Below are positions 50,605-64,000 of a stretch of 64,000 nucleotides of DNA, one piece after another. The notes under the pieces were generated by a model that did no database searches, had not been told where the DNA came from, and saw nothing but the letters and a program-made list of their open reading frames with translations. The DNA is taken from contig MU053792.1 of the NCBI GenBank assembly GCA_013239625.1, positions 1 to 64,000 of the forward strand. Reading direction: 5' to 3'. The position numbers were made by a program, and so were the translations under genes. This DNA is from Lama guanicoe. Taxonomy: Eukaryota. Each line of letters begins with the position of its first letter. The first letter of the stretch is position 1.

Positions 50605-52554
50605 TAACATTAATTTTTTTATTTAGTGCACAGCAATTTATAGGATGCAAGGTATCTCCTCCTTGAGGACCATGAACATGACTTAGGAAATGATCTGAAG
50701 AAGAATATTTAATGTATCCTAGAGAGAGGCGGGTGCCCTGGGACTGTCTGCAGCACTGATTTGTGAATGTTGGAATCAGCCATGGATCATGAGGGAAGAC
50801 AAGACTATGGTTAAGGCTACATATGTTGCCAAGATACAGTCCTGCTTTTTGTAAAATTTGGTTCTTCATGCCCACTAGTCAAAATGGGGTGGATTATGAG
50901 AAAGAAAACCAAAGAGCTGGCTCACTGGCCCCCTCAGGACTTCACAGACACAAAGGCTTACTTTATTAAATTCCTACTGAACTCTCAAAATAGCCTTGGG
51001 ACATATGTAGGACAGACATTATTAGTGCCATTTTATAGATGAAAACACTAAGACTCAGACAAATTGAAGTTCCAGTTGGACTTAAAATAGGTGTCTGGTC
51101 TGGTCTCCATATCCTCCAACTGACTCATTAGTGCCCTGTTGTTAATATATGTATGTCTATGTAGCTCTTTCTCTCTCTCTCTCTTCCCCTATGACACTCT
51201 GGCAAAAGAGCTACTGTAGAATAAACTAAACAGTTTTGAAAAATTAAATTTCATTATTTTAGAAAAGACCATGGGCTTTAATATTTTTGCCTTGGATTTG
51301 GTGTCATCATTTTTTATCTTCCCATCTACATTTTTTGCTCCAATGTATAATGAAAGCTCATCTTTTCCAGCTCATCTTTTCCAGAGGACTTTTTCTTATT
51401 ATTCTTTCTTTACTTCTTACTCTTTTACTTATTTATATAAATAGTTTTATGGCATTTTCAAGTACACTTGACTTACATATGCTCAGTGAAATTAGATTAT
51501 ATAAATTCTTTGTCTGTATCAATATCAAAATCCTTTGCGTATAAAAGAATTTTATATATTTCCAAATTAAATAAAATTTGATAATGAGTGAAAACAAGTA
51601 ATTCAGATTATGTTGAAATTTTAGAATTGACGTAGGATTTTGCCATATGGAGAACAGCAAGGCACTTGACTAAGGAAGATCTTTGTGTTATCAACACAGG
51701 GGTATGAGCAATATTAAGAGAGATTCTAAGAAATAAACTAAAAATGGCATTGGTAATGCTTACATATACAACAGCAGTGATGAAAAATTTATAAACAAAT
51801 CGGGACTTCTGATGGCTCAGACATTTTATTTTTCCAAATGCATCCTTCGGATAAGTTTGAAATCGAGTTCACTTGATAAATGTATTTTTACAATGTATTT
51901 ATAGGAGCAGCTGTTTTAAACTCAAACCACTTACGTATACAAACCATTCATATTTGTAATGTAAGCTTTAATTATAGGCTGAGCTAAACTGTAAGATCTA
52001 TACAGAATAAAAAATTACACTAGTGTGATTATAATTTGATGTTGATTGTTAAAATTATTTCACACGAGAGATTTGTTATGTTTAATAGGACTGAAATTAG
52101 AGCATATCAATTTAGTATATTACCCAGCAAGTAAATGGAACTGATAATTGAATGACTACGTTCATTGCTGTAGGGATATACTTTGTAAAAACAAGATAAT
52201 ATTCTACCTTGAAAGTGCAGCAGTGCACAGCATGCACCTTTGTTGTGCATGGTCTAGAAATGACATATCTTATTACTTGTAATTTTGCACGCCTCCATGC
52301 AGTGGAGGCTCTCTTGAGTATTCCATTACGAGTTAAAATGACTAGTACATCTGTCTACAACCATTATTAAAATAATGAAAATCTAAAGCCCCATTCAGCT
52401 AGCTCTCAATGCTTTTACCTCTCCTTATGCTGAATCCTTTCTGTAACCAGTAGCCTCAGTACAGAGAAAAGCAGGAGTCCTGGACACTGGAGATGTAGAT
52501 TGACCAGCAAACCATTATCTCTGAGAAAGAAATGTCCCCATTATCTGTTATTTC

Positions 52555-53100
52555 ACTTACTAATTCATTCAGCAGATGTTTACTGAGCACCTATTATGTG
52601 CGAGGCACTGACATGAACACTGGAGATAAACAGTAATCTAAACTAATTGAATCCTTGCCTTCCTGGAGCTTACATATTAGTTGGTGAAAGATGGAAAGAA
52701 ACAGGTGAAAAACTAAATAAATAAAATCATGGCATAAAGTGATCAGTATGCGAAAAAAATACAGAATGGTAAGAAAGGTTGCTCAGGGATGGCATATCTG
52801 ATGGAATAAAATTTAGTTAAAGACAAACAGGAGAATGCTATGTAGCTTTCCAGGAAGTGTGCAGAAATCAGAGGGAACGGTATGACCAATGACCTTAAAG
52901 AGAAACATTGTTCCTAAGAAGCAAGAAGAAGAGCAAGAAAGCCAGTGGACCTAGAGTAAAATAAACAATAGGGACACTGGCAGGAGATAATGACAGAGCC
53001 TAAGTAAGATGGTAGATCGTTAGCGCCTTGTTAACAATAGCCAAAATGTTGAGTATCTGGATAAATGGTAAAAATCCATTAAAGGTCTTCATTACATGTG
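52555..53100 (-). mobile_element. LINE-2 (L2a-like) 3' region
   Basis: ttcattcagcagatgtttactgagcacctattatgtgcgaggcactg...ccttcctggagcttacat. Confidence 0.8.
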
Positions 53101-53634
53101 AGAAAAAGATGTCTTTATCACTAGAGGTGTTTTCTGGAAGTCCATCTGTTTGCTCATATTAAAAGAGTTTATGACTGTCACAGAAGTGAAAGTTTGGGAG
53201 TCATTAGTGGTTAAAGATTCAGCCATATAGAATGGTGTTACTGTAAGTACACTGAGCCAGAAAAATAGCATTCTTCAAAAGAATGTATAAAAGAAAAAAA
53301 GTACATGGCTGAAGAGCATGGGGATAAGGCAGATGCGGGACTAGAGCAGCCATTACGAGGCAGAGAGCTGGATAAATTAGGGCAGCAATCGTTACTCAGT
53401 TCAGTAAATGAAAGCAGAGTTCTGGACTAGAACAATTGCAGAAACTGGGCCAGAGAAAGGCAGTTTTATTGACTTGTCTTTATGCTTGGAAACTTCACAA
53501 GATGACTATGGTAAACAGAATTCAATTCTATTTTATCTTTCCATTTTCAAAATAGAAATTCAGTCTAGTGAAAATATGCCAGAATTAGAGAGTTTTATTG
53601 GACACCGGTGACCGTCTGATCTACTGATTCTTGG

Positions 53635-53796
53635 CTTTGGCAGTATGCTAGATTCATTTGGGAAGAATAAAAAAATACTGATGCCTGTGCCCAATCCTGT
53701 ATCTATTAAATCAGAATCTCTGGGATGTAGGGTCTTGACATTATTTGCTTAGCTTCTTGCTTAACTGTATTGTGTAGGCACAGTTTATAACCACAG
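53635..53796. mobile_element. MER5-like hAT fossil
   Basis: aaaaatactgatgcctg...attaaatcagaatctctggg. Confidence 0.6.
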
Positions 53797-54060
53797 ATCA
53801 ATTTCTTACCTGTTTCTTCCAGCTCCATATTCCAAGGATTCTCATGGAAGTGACCATCATTTGATTATTTTTAGCTCTTTCCTGTATGGCATCAACATTT
53901 ACCTCTATCCCTTGGTCACTTTTCTCTCCTATGAGGTCACACAGAGCAGTCTGCTCTGTCTTTCATTTGACAAATCTTCAGATATTTGAGACTCTCTTAA
54001 ACCTCCTCTTCTACAAACATAGTGTTCTTATTACTACAATTATTTTTTCCTAATGCATTG

Positions 54061-54743
54061 TTTTTTATTTTTTCTTGAAGTATGGTGAGTTTATAACATT
54101 GTGTTAGTTTCTGCTATAGAGCATAGTGATTCAGTTAAATATATATATATATTAAATATATATATATATGTATGCACACACATATATATAGATTCCTTTT
54201 CATATTCTTTTCCATGATATGCTATTACAAGGTATTGACTATAGTTCCCTGTGCTATACAGCAGGATCTTGTTGCTTATCTATTTTATATATGGTAGTTG
54301 GTATCTTCAAATCCAGAATCCCTGTTTATTGCTCCACCCTCTGTACCAACTGGCCCCCCCAGTTACCATGAGTTTGTTTTCTATGTCTGTGAATCTGTTT
54401 CTGTTTTTTAAATAAGTTAATTTGTGTCTTTTTTTAGATTCCACATATGAGTGATATCATATGATAATTTTCTTTCTCTTTCTGGCTTAATTCACTTAGT
54501 ATGACAATCTCCCGGTCCATCCATGTTGCTGCAAATGCATTATTTTATTCTTTTTTATCACTGAGTAATATTCCATTGTATATGCATACCACTTCCATGT
54601 CTTCACTATTGTAAATACTTCTACTGTGAACATTGGGGTACATGTATCTTTTCAAATTAGAGTTTCCTCCAGATATTTATCCAGGAGTGGAATTGCTGGA
54701 TCATATGGTAAGTTTATTTTTTTTTAAAGGAACCTCCAAACAC
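54061..54743 (-). mobile_element. Artiodactyl-type L1 3' end
   Basis: Poly-T, atagttccctgtgctatacag, ttagattccacatatgagtgatatcata, ggagtggaattgctggatcatatgg. Confidence 0.9.
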
Positions 54744-54789
54744 AGTTTATAGAATTATAAAATAATACTATAAAGAAAATCACAGAAAA

Positions 54790-55500
54790 GACAGTACCAT
54801 TTAGAAAAACACACTAGGATTATAGCAGATTATTTGTGAGAAACTATGTAAGACAGAAGACAATGAAGTAACAGATTTAAACAATTGAAAGAAAATAAAC
54901 AAACAAAAAATAAAACAAGGAGAGAAACAAACAAAAACTGAAAAGCCAGAACCCTGAGCCAATGAAAATGTGTTTGAAAACTTAAGGTGAAATAAACATT
55001 TGTCCAGACAAACAATAACTGAGAAAACTCATTTTGCTGTAAGAAATATTCAAGGAAGTGTTCGTCACAGAAGGAATATAAGACCAGAGAGAAACATGAA
55101 AATTAGAAATAAATTAAGATCTGTAGATGGTAAACTTGAATATATGTATGATACTATTTTTCTTTTTAAAAATTGCTTGAGATGAATGTATCCTGTTTGA
55201 AAATGGTAGTAATGTATTTTGGAGTTTGTAAACTATTAAAAAGTAAAACGTTTGACAAAAATAGCACACAGAAAGGGAGGGAAGAATTGGAAATATGTTG
55301 CTGTATGATTCTTTAATTGTATAAGAAATGGAGCAATATTATTTGAAAGTAAACTTGTGATAAGTTACATAAGTATATTGGACATTACGAAGCAATCTCT
55401 AAATTAAAGAAAATTAGGAAATGTGTTATACTGGTATAAATAAAATGGAGTCATAAAAAACAACCAAATTAACTCGATGAATCCCAAATAATATAAAAAC
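54790..55500 (+). mobile_element. Old L1M ORF1-end / inter-ORF fragment
   Basis: A-rich; agcagattat..gagaaactatg..agacagaagacaatg and aaggtgaaataaacattt resemble the end of old ORF1. Confidence 0.55.
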
Positions 55501-55530
55501 TAAAGACAACAACAAGAACAAAAAAGAGCT

Positions 55531-57169
55531 GGAGGGTCAGTGGCAAGATGGCAAAGTAGAACAACCCTGAGCTCACCTCCTCTCACAGGTACACCAAAAT
55601 CACAATTATTTGCAGAAAAATGATTGATAAAAAGACCAGAACCTACCAGAAAAGATCTTCTACAACTAAAAATATAAAGAAGAGGCCACAAAAAAAAAAA
55701 AGATAGGAAGGGAAGAGTTGTGACATGGGCAAGTCCCATACACCTGGTGGCTGAACCATACACAGAAGAATTACTATTGAAGAAGTTCTCCCAAAAGAGT
55801 GAGGGGCCCAAGCCCCACACTGGGACACCCAATATGGGAGCCTTACACCGGGAAGATGAGCCCCCAGAGCATTTGGCTTTGAAGGCCAGCAGGGCTCACT
55901 TTGGGGAGTCCCAGAGGCCTGGGGGAAATAAAGACTTCACTCTTAAAAGGTGCAGATCTCACATGCTTTGAAACCCAGGGCAGAAGCAATCATTTGGAAG
56001 GAGCCAGGGTTGGATCTTCTCGCTGACCCTGGAGAGGCCCCCAGAGGGGCAAGAGGCAACTGCAGCTCATCCTGAGGACACAGAGGCAGCCATTTAAATG
56101 GGCTCCTTTTTCCACGTGGACACCAGTGCAAACATTTTGAGATCCTCCGTCTAGGTTATTAACCCCAGGACGCAGCCCCAGCCTGGTCCAACAGCCTGTA
56201 GGCTGCAGTGCTGAAATGCCTCAAGCCGGGCAACTAACTGGGTAGGGACACAGCCCAACCACCTGCAGACAGGCTGTCGTAAGACCCCCATGAGCCCACG
56301 GCTGCCCTTAGACATGACCTTGCCCACAAGAGGGCCCAGGGCCCAGCCTCACACATCAGTGTGCAGGCACTAGACCTGGGACCCCCCAAGGCCCTCTAGC
56401 CAAAGACCCTGAGATGCAGCCTCATCCACCAGAGGACAGACACCAGCAGTAAGAAAGCTGTAAGAAAACCACAACCTTGTAGGCTGTGGAAACAACCCAA
56501 CCACTAGCCATCCAGATGCTGCCCTGGGACTGGCTGGGCCCTGGCCTGGCCCGGCCCACTAGTAGGCCAAGAAGGGCTGTAAGACAGCCCAGATCCTGCA
56601 GCCAACTGCATCTTAACTACCATTAATCTGACACAAGTTCTGGGAACCCTGGGCTCTGACACAAGACTCTAGGACCTGGCTCCACTAGCCAGTAGGCCAT
56701 CACTAGCCCCAGGACCTGGTTTCATCCATCAATTAGAAGGAAACAGCCCTGTGGTGTCCTGGATGCTGACTGCCTACCAGAAAGTCAGCATTAGTTCCAG
56801 AGTTCCCCACCCCTTGCGGCCCTGCAGTCAGCCACCTCGTGATCTGATCCCACCAGCCAGGGGCTGGCAGCCTTTACACAAGGCAGGTCCTGGTAGCCAG
56901 TTGGACTGAGGGACAACTAAGCCTGCCAGACTGCCCACAGTCAGCCCACCACAACGGAAAGATCCATGCAGCCCTCAGTGGGGGAATTCCAGAGCATATC
57001 GTCTGGTAGTGGGAGGACAGTGTGCTCTGGGATGCAGCGGGTGTCTCCAAAAAAGACTGTTCTCCAAGGTCACGAAATATGACCAGCCTACTATATATAT
57101 ATATGTATGTATGTATGTATACACACACACACACACACATCCCCTGTGTGTGTGTATATATACATATAT

Positions 57170-57201
<32 letters not shown>

Positions 57202-57623
57202 ATTTAGCAATTTAGGCAAATGAAGTGACAGAGAAACGTGTTCCAAATGAAGGAACATCATAAACCCCAGACGAAGAACTAAGAGAAAGTGGATAGAACC
57301 AATTTACCAAAGAAAGTGTTCAGATTGGTGATCAAGGAGCTTGGGAGAAAAATGGATGCACAGAGCAAGAAATCAGTTTTTAACAATGAATGAGACTATA
57401 TAAAGAACAAACAAACAGAGATCAAGGATACAGTAGAAAAATACACTGGAAGCCGTCAGCAGGAGACTAAATGAGACAGAGAAAACAGGTTAGTGAGCTG
57501 GAAGACACAGTGGTGGGAATCATGGACTATGAATAGGAAAAAAGACAAAAGAATGAAAAGAAATGAGGACAGTTTAAAAGATCGCTGGGGCAATGTCAAG
57601 CACACTAATATTTGAATTATAAG
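55531..57623 (+). mobile_element. L1 5' UTR plus first half of ORF1 (3'-truncated), a different subfamily from 27890
   Basis: caagatggc YY1-like start; ctgagctcacctcctctcac; GC-rich UTR; decayed ORF1 from ~57220 (ttagtgagctggaagac, gaatgaaaagaaatgaggacagtttaa). Confidence 0.85.
57092..57203. repeat. Compound (TA)n(TATG)n(CA)n..(TG)n microsatellite
   Basis: Seen directly. Confidence 0.95.
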
Positions 57624-59247
57624 TACTATAAAATTTTCTTAAAAGTATTAATTATGTCAACACAATTCAAGTTACTTTCCAGTGTATTTTAGTATACACA
57701 CGTTTAATCGTATGCCATCCATCAACATACTCTTAAGAAAAGTACTCATAATTCACTCAGTAACCCTGGGAATTTATAGTGAGCTTATATTTCGATGTCA
57801 GAGTTCAATATTTCTCCTACCTAAGCAGAAAAATGTAAATATTAAAGTGCTCTCAGGCTTGTTACTCTGTGGGGTGCAGGTATGCAAAGATTATCAGTAC
57901 ACACATCACGCCTGGCATACGGGAACTGTTTGGAGAGGCTTTAGAAGATACTGTTTTATTTTTGTGAAGCACAAACAGGAATAAAACACTAAGGCAAATC
58001 TGCCAATACCTAAGAGTTCCCAATACTAAGAAAGACCTGATCAGAAACCTTCGGACTAAAGAAAGTGTTCTCATTATTAGATTAGACTATGTGGTGAGAA
58101 TTTTCTTTGCACGCTAAGCTTGCATAATTCTATAATATTTGGTACATAACAGAATTGTCAGTGAATTGCATAAAACGATTTAAAATGTAAGAGTGTTAGA
58201 AGTACTTTTAAACTCTAAAAATGAAATTGCCTAACCCATTTCCTAATTTTGTATTTGTATTTTAGATTTTTATGATAAAGCTGATGCATATAATAAGCAA
58301 ATGTCATAGAGCAAGTTAGTGCAGAGACAAAAGTTGAAATCAGATCCTTTGATGTTCAGTTCAGATGATTTTGTATAATGTTATATATAATACTATTTTC
58401 CTGTTCTTTCTGAATCTGTTTGAATGTCTTTCTGGTGGTATTTTGTCAAACAGAATTATTTCAATGCATTTTGGTTGTTTTTTTCACTTTGAATTATACT
58501 TCTACATTCCTGGCTTGTTTTGTTCTTTTCTTTCCTTTTTTTTTTTTTTTTTTTTGTAGGAATATGAGGTTATATTATATAGTAGCTAATCTCCAAAGAA
58601 CGTGTCTTTGATGACACAACAGTAAATTCCATCATACTGGAAATGATGATTCTTGTGGTTTGAGTTATATACATGAAGTCTTTATCACAGCCATGCCTTA
58701 AATTAAAAACAGCTCTTCGAATAAGACACAAATTAACAACATAATAAAAATAGTAAAGTAGCTAGATTCATGCTGGAGAATTGCCTATTTGTGCCAACAG
58801 ATTTCCTTTCTTGATTTATTTATTGTATGGGTTCAGAGATAGGAAAAGATACATATCTTTATGAATTATCAAATGAATGAGGTAGTCTACGAATTTGCTT
58901 GAATTTCCAAGCTTGACAAGACAAATCTTACTTAGGATTCAATAAGAAACAGATGTGACAGGTGCTTCTATTTGTTTAACAAGGACATGATGATGTTATT
59001 TGACCAAATCTAGAGGTGTTCATGTAACTTATGGTGACGTTTTGAAGTCATCAACCATTTTGGACCAAAAGGGTGAAGAAATTGTCCAAATGTCCTTTTC
59101 CAAAAATCTACCAGGTAATTAGACTGTTATAAATATTTTTATAAACCAAAATGAGATTTAAAGTGGAAAAAAATCCTCTGGGTAATTTGGGAAATAAGTA
59201 AATAAAACCAGAATTTATTTATCTTATGTAATTACTTCAGGAGTTGG

Positions 59248-59248
<1 letters not shown>

Positions 59249-59294
<46 letters not shown>
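59249..59294. repeat. (CA)n microsatellite
   Basis: Seen directly. Confidence 0.95.
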
Positions 59295-59423
59295 ACTTTC
59301 AAAAGCTGGGCACAGTCCAGTGAGAAGGAAATGGACATTTCCCAGAGGTGGAACTGAGTGTAAGACTGCAGACGGTGCCAGGGGCCAGGGTGATTGGCTG
59401 AAGTATCCATGGAAGGATTTAGA

Positions 59424-59617
59424 GCAGGGATTGGCCATAAAAGTCTGGACAGTAAATATTTTAGGCTTTTCAGTCTCTGGACAATACTCAACTGCATTGT
59501 GGAAGTAATTGCAGACAATGCTTGAACAAATTTATTGACAGTGTTTCTATAAAACTTTATTTAAAAAACACACAGAGAGGGCCAGGTTTGCCTTATGGGC
59601 TGGAGTTTGCTGACCCA
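59424..59617 (+). mobile_element. hAT-Charlie MER58A-like fossil
   Basis: caggg...cagtaaatattttaggcttt...tactcaactg...tataaaactttattt...agtttgctgaccc. Confidence 0.85.
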
Positions 59618-60884
59618 GCCCGATACAGAAAATAGTAGAAAGACCAGAGGACTTGAACTGAGAAAATGCAGATTCAAATTTATCGTCTTTAGTAGCCTTT
59701 TGAACTTGGCCAAACGTGTTATCTTTCTGAATTTCCCTTCTTGCTCACTGCAATATAATAAGTGGGGACTGGAATGCTATAGAGATAAAAGGAAAGAACA
59801 TAGACCTTTTAGTTAACAGGAACCATAGAACACACAATCTTTAAAAACCTATCCCATCACATTTTTCCCCTCAACTGAAATGTAAAGTGATAGTAAATAG
59901 AAAGGATAAATTCACAAGGACAAAATGGCAGGAGAGAAGAAGCCAGAGACAAGCCCCATCTGCACAAGTTTTGAATTTGGAAAGCTGAGACCTGAGTAGC
60001 AACTGCTTTATTAGAGTTAAAAGAGCTGAAAATTAAATATGCACAGCAGTGAAACTAAGAAGGAAGCTGCCCTGTGCTCCCAAAACTTCAGAAAGTTTGG
60101 GGAACTGACAGTTGGTACAGCCAAAGGTGAGGATGCTGGGTGATGCTAAACAGAGGGAAGTTGGTACGTGGGGCACTTAAACTGCCAGATCCACATGCCA
60201 GCCAGCAGAGCTTTCCTTCCCCACCCTTCCTCTGTGACAACAGATGGGAGATTTAGTCTCTGTATGTGTTGATGCAGTAGACTTTGAGCTCAGGGACATT
60301 AAGCTGACTGAAGATGGGTATTTAGTCTTACTGAATACAAAGAGGCTTAAATATAATCAGTATTCTGACTGATTGCCCCTCAGCTGTCTGCCTGAAATTC
60401 ACCAGAATACTGACAATATTCAAGATTATGAGCCTGGTAGAAATTGACTGGTGATGTAAGAGGGAAATAAAACAACTTTGCATATTTCATATTGATGTGA
60501 CCAGGACAGATATTCACCTCCTCTCCATTTTACCCAACTCAAAACCTGCCACTTAGCGTTCTACTGTCTCACTTTAAAAATGACGTCAAAATTACCAGAT
60601 ATTTGAAAAACAGCCCTAACATGAATGGTAGAGACAAAAACAAATAAACAGACTAAAAAATTTTAAGGAAACAGTGACCACACGGAGTAGAGGGGGAAAC
60701 TTTCAAAATGTATAATTATATCACCAGAGAGATAAAATAAAATATCTTATTCATAAAACCAGGAAAGAATGCTATTTATAAAAAGGAATATCCAGAGAAC
60801 AAAAACAAAAACAGGGAACTAAAAACTATGACAGCAGAAAATTTAAAATTGAACGTAATGATTGAAGCATGGCCTCACCACCCT

Positions 60885-61050
60885 AGAGAATTTCTCAAAT
60901 TTTACTGCACATATAAATCACTTAGAAAATTTGACCAAATGCAAATTATGATTTAGTATCTCAGGGGCTGGACCTGAGATGATGCACTTCTAACAGGCTT
61001 GCCGATGACATTGATGCTGCCGATCTCAAACACACTTTGAGATACAAAGC
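60885..61050. mobile_element. MER5A1-like hAT fossil nested in HAL1
   Basis: tttctcaaattttactgcacatataaatcac...cctgagatgatgcacttctaacagg...cacactttgag. Confidence 0.75.
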
Positions 61051-61384
61051 TCTGTTTTATAAAGTAAACAAAGAGATGGAAATCAGAGAGAAAATAAGAA
61101 ATTAGAGTATCAGTCTAGGGGATTTTATATCTGCCCAAGAGCAGGCCAGAAAGAGAAAGAAAGAAGAAACTCTTGGGGGAAAATTTTTAAAAGACAAAAA
61201 AAGACAATTTTCCAGAAGATGAGTTTCTACATTGAAAGGGCTACTAAGTGTCTAGCACAGTAAGTGAAAAATGATCTACAGCAAGTCACATGATAAGAAA
61301 GTTTCAGAATATAATGCAGAGCTAAAAAGAAGACCATAAAAACTTCCAGAATATAATCACTCACACAAAATTCACTCCAGCCAA

Positions 61385-61446
61385 CACACACACACACACA
61401 CACACACATACATAAACACACACATGCATGTGCATATCCACACACA
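61385..61446. repeat. (CA)n microsatellite
   Basis: Seen directly. Confidence 0.9.
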
Positions 61447-62931
61447 ACCTCATAGCAAACTTTTCAAAAGCCAAATAGCCAGGTAGCAGATATAATAATA
61501 TTGCTGCCAGTTTTTTTGAATTGCCTGATTCACAATCTGGTGTAGAACAAAATGAATACGTATTCAAAAAGGGATGGTCTGCAAATACTTTGAAGTAAAG
61601 GATTTAAAGAAGGCTGATGTAAACTTCCTGTGCTGCAGAAAGCAAGGGATCTTGCAAAAGAGAGAGGCAAAAGGAATTTCTGTAATGTTGGTAAAGTCAA
61701 AATTGACAGTTACATAACAGGTCTACATAATAATCAACACTGATTGAAGCAGAGAACACATGTTTCCAGGAAAGATGTTACCATGAGTGGAGAGGGTCAC
61801 TCAGTTAAAAGAATCACAGAAGAGTCTCAGGCTGGGCCCAGCGGATGAATGAGAAACCCTAATTGACTGAGTAGGTGACAAGCATTTTAAGTAAACTTAA
61901 ATTAAAATGATTATTTCAAGGAAAGATGAGAGATCCTTAGTGATAAGGTATCCAAAGAAATCATAGGTACTACACAAAACTGGATATTTCAATAATTAAA
62001 ATGAGACTATTATTAGATCATGATGTGCCTGGAGGAATTTTTAATGTCCAAAAGATCCCAGAGGAACCAAGATACCTGCCTTAGCCTTACAGAGTAGGTT
62101 TTAATCATCTGTGGGAGAGAAGAAGAAAGGTCATTTCCGGTTCCATCCTGCAATTCCAGCTTGCTCAGTGTGAAGGCTGTTGTTAGAAGTTTTATGGGCT
62201 CAAGAGTGTTGCAAAGACTGTGACACCGCTAATGCATGCTATTTTGGGGTCCCTGGGCAGAAGCTGGAAGCATGGCTGAATCAGTGAGACAGAAGGAGGT
62301 GGCATTGCATTTGATGACAGGGTTTGGAGAAACTATTGCCCCACTTCTTGAAAGGGTTAGAATACTTTTACCATCTGTGCTTTTGAAAACCACTGAAGTC
62401 AAGGGGACAGAATTGCAGGACGGTTACATTGTCATAATCTCAAGGGGAGCCTCCATCAGCATCCTCTGACCCCGAAACAACGGATGTCATTTTAAAGCAA
62501 GTTGAAAAAGACAACAACAACGAATTTTTATAAATTAGGCAACTGACCTGGAGGCTTATTACCCTGAGGAACTCCAGTTTTAAAGTAGAAGTTAAAGATA
62601 TGTTGTGGGATAGGTGGTAATTTAGCCATAGGAGGTGGCAAAGGTAAGTAGGGAATCCTGGGACCTCTCTAACCTTTACACACTTGTCTCGATTCCATTC
62701 TCTGCATTGATAGATGAGGGCTATACATAGGGCTGTAAAATTGATATCCATGTTAACATACAGAATGAACTGTATCTTTCTCAGAAGCCACAGAGAAATC
62801 AAAGTCATCTGAACAGCCATTCATTCACTTATTCACTCAACAGAATGTTTTGAGTATCCACTACGTGTCAAGCACCACACTAGCCATTGGCAAGATAAAA
62901 AACTATCTATCTACACACACACACACCCCCC

Positions 62932-63240
62932 TATACATATATATGTTATATATAATATTTACATTAATGTATATCTTGTTATATTAATATATAATATGTA
63001 TTATATATTACTCCTAGTAATAATATAATAATGTAGTATTATGTATAATGAATGAAATTAAGTTATAATACTATTATATTATAATCTATATTATCAGTAT
63101 TATGTATAATATTGAGATAGTAATGTTACTGAATTATTAATATATTATCTTTTATGATGTATTTCATTATGTATTATATAATTACAGATAATATTATATT
63201 AATATATTTATATTATATATTTATATATGGATATATAAAC
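62932..63240. repeat. Extremely AT-rich (TA/TAT)n low-complexity tract
   Basis: About 300 bp composed almost entirely of A and T. Confidence 0.9.
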
Positions 63241-64000
63241 TTTTATAAATCCTACAGAAGCCTGAGGTTTTATAATTTTATATTGATCAGTAATGTTGAC
63301 ATCAGTTGAAATGTAGAAGACCATAAAGTACATATAATTGTAAATCAACTAATGGGTGAAATAAAAACTGACACATGATTATGTAAATCCTGTAATTAAA
63401 TATTTATATTATGCATAAGAGAGTGTCTTGAGCAAGAATTTACTTGATAGAGATCTATTGTGTGCCTTCACCTTTATTTTTATGAGTTTTTCCTATATAT
63501 TTCTTTGTTAATTTTAGAAAAAGTACGTGTAACAGCAGATGCTAAGAAGAAACTAAATGATACAAATAAAGAGTGGTGATAAGGGACTTTATGAAGTCAC
63601 GTGGTCTGTGCCCTGTTTCCACAGAGTCTTCTACTCTTACCCAACTTCCCTTCCATCCCCAGGGAAGGGAGTCAGTAGAACTAAAGAAGGACCTGAAGAG
63701 AGGACTTGCCTTCTCTACCTTGGAGAGACTTTGGTCCTTCTCCCTGCAAAGCCCATCCAACCATATCTCAACTGTGACCCTCTTCTGGCCCTCAGTGTTT
63801 TAGAGGCAAGCTCTGTCTCCTGGAGGATGTAGACATTCAGTAATTACTATGGAGATTATGTAAAACTAAACAATGTTGTTTTGAAAACCTTCTTAAGTAT
63901 CTTTCTAGTAGATCACTGAGGAAAATATATAACCACCTCTTAATGTTGCCTAGAGCCAGAAAGATGTCATTGATCGTTTCTGTGACCTTCCCTTACTTAT

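Larger units (their letters stand above)
59800..61800 (+). mobile_element. HAL1 / very old L1 ORF1-type element
   Basis: atgagtttctacattgaaagggc...aagtgtctagcacag...gtttcagaat...aaaacttccaga and gagagaggcaaaaggaatttc resemble HAL1. Confidence 0.65.

Noticed and set aside
51355..51384. Short 12-14 bp tandem duplications (also ~4395, ~40795, ~48289)
   Set aside because: Ordinary slippage-type micro-duplications with no periodic array or spacer structure, so not CRISPR-like.
52291..52309. Hairpin gcctcca-tgcag-tggaggc containing CAGTG (iron-responsive-element-like)
   Set aside because: The stem register does not place CAGUGN in a 6-nt loop with a bulged C, and a 7-bp stem is expected by chance.
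54061..57623. Antisense L1 3' end plus sense L1 5' end as one inverted insertion
   Set aside because: They are separated by ~750 bp of older L1, are not contiguous in L1 coordinates and share no TSD.
62236..62650. 77-aa ORF and a nearby AAG|GTAAGT donor as a coding exon
   Set aside because: No recognisable homology, stops lie between the ORF and the donor, and there is no clear acceptor.

Overview
Mammalian, AT-rich, repeat-dense genomic DNA that looks intergenic or deep-intronic, from a gapped draft assembly (four N runs). A tRNA-Ala-derived SINE with the camelid Vic-1 layout, and no Alu, Bov-tA, PRE or Can-SINE, points to a camelid (inference). I recognise no host protein-coding gene, true RNA gene or CRISPR array; every protein-like ORF in the track is LINE-1 derived. 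The main contents are: a near full-length decayed L1 (~27890-34149) with an imperfect TSD, an internal 318-bp duplication and a large ORF2 deletion; a twin-priming-type 5'-inverted L1 nested in older repeats; two L1s that keep only their 5' ends; several L1 3' fragments; five ERV1-type solo LTRs; an LTR16/ERVL proviral remnant; MLT1 LTRs; HAL1; MIR/L2; Tigger and hAT DNA-transposon fossils; microsatellites; and a 331-bp near-perfect tandem duplication of otherwise unique sequence. Repeat family names come from my recall of consensus sequences and old-repeat boundaries are approximate. I find no support for a novel biological system. The findings concern transposon architecture and local duplications.
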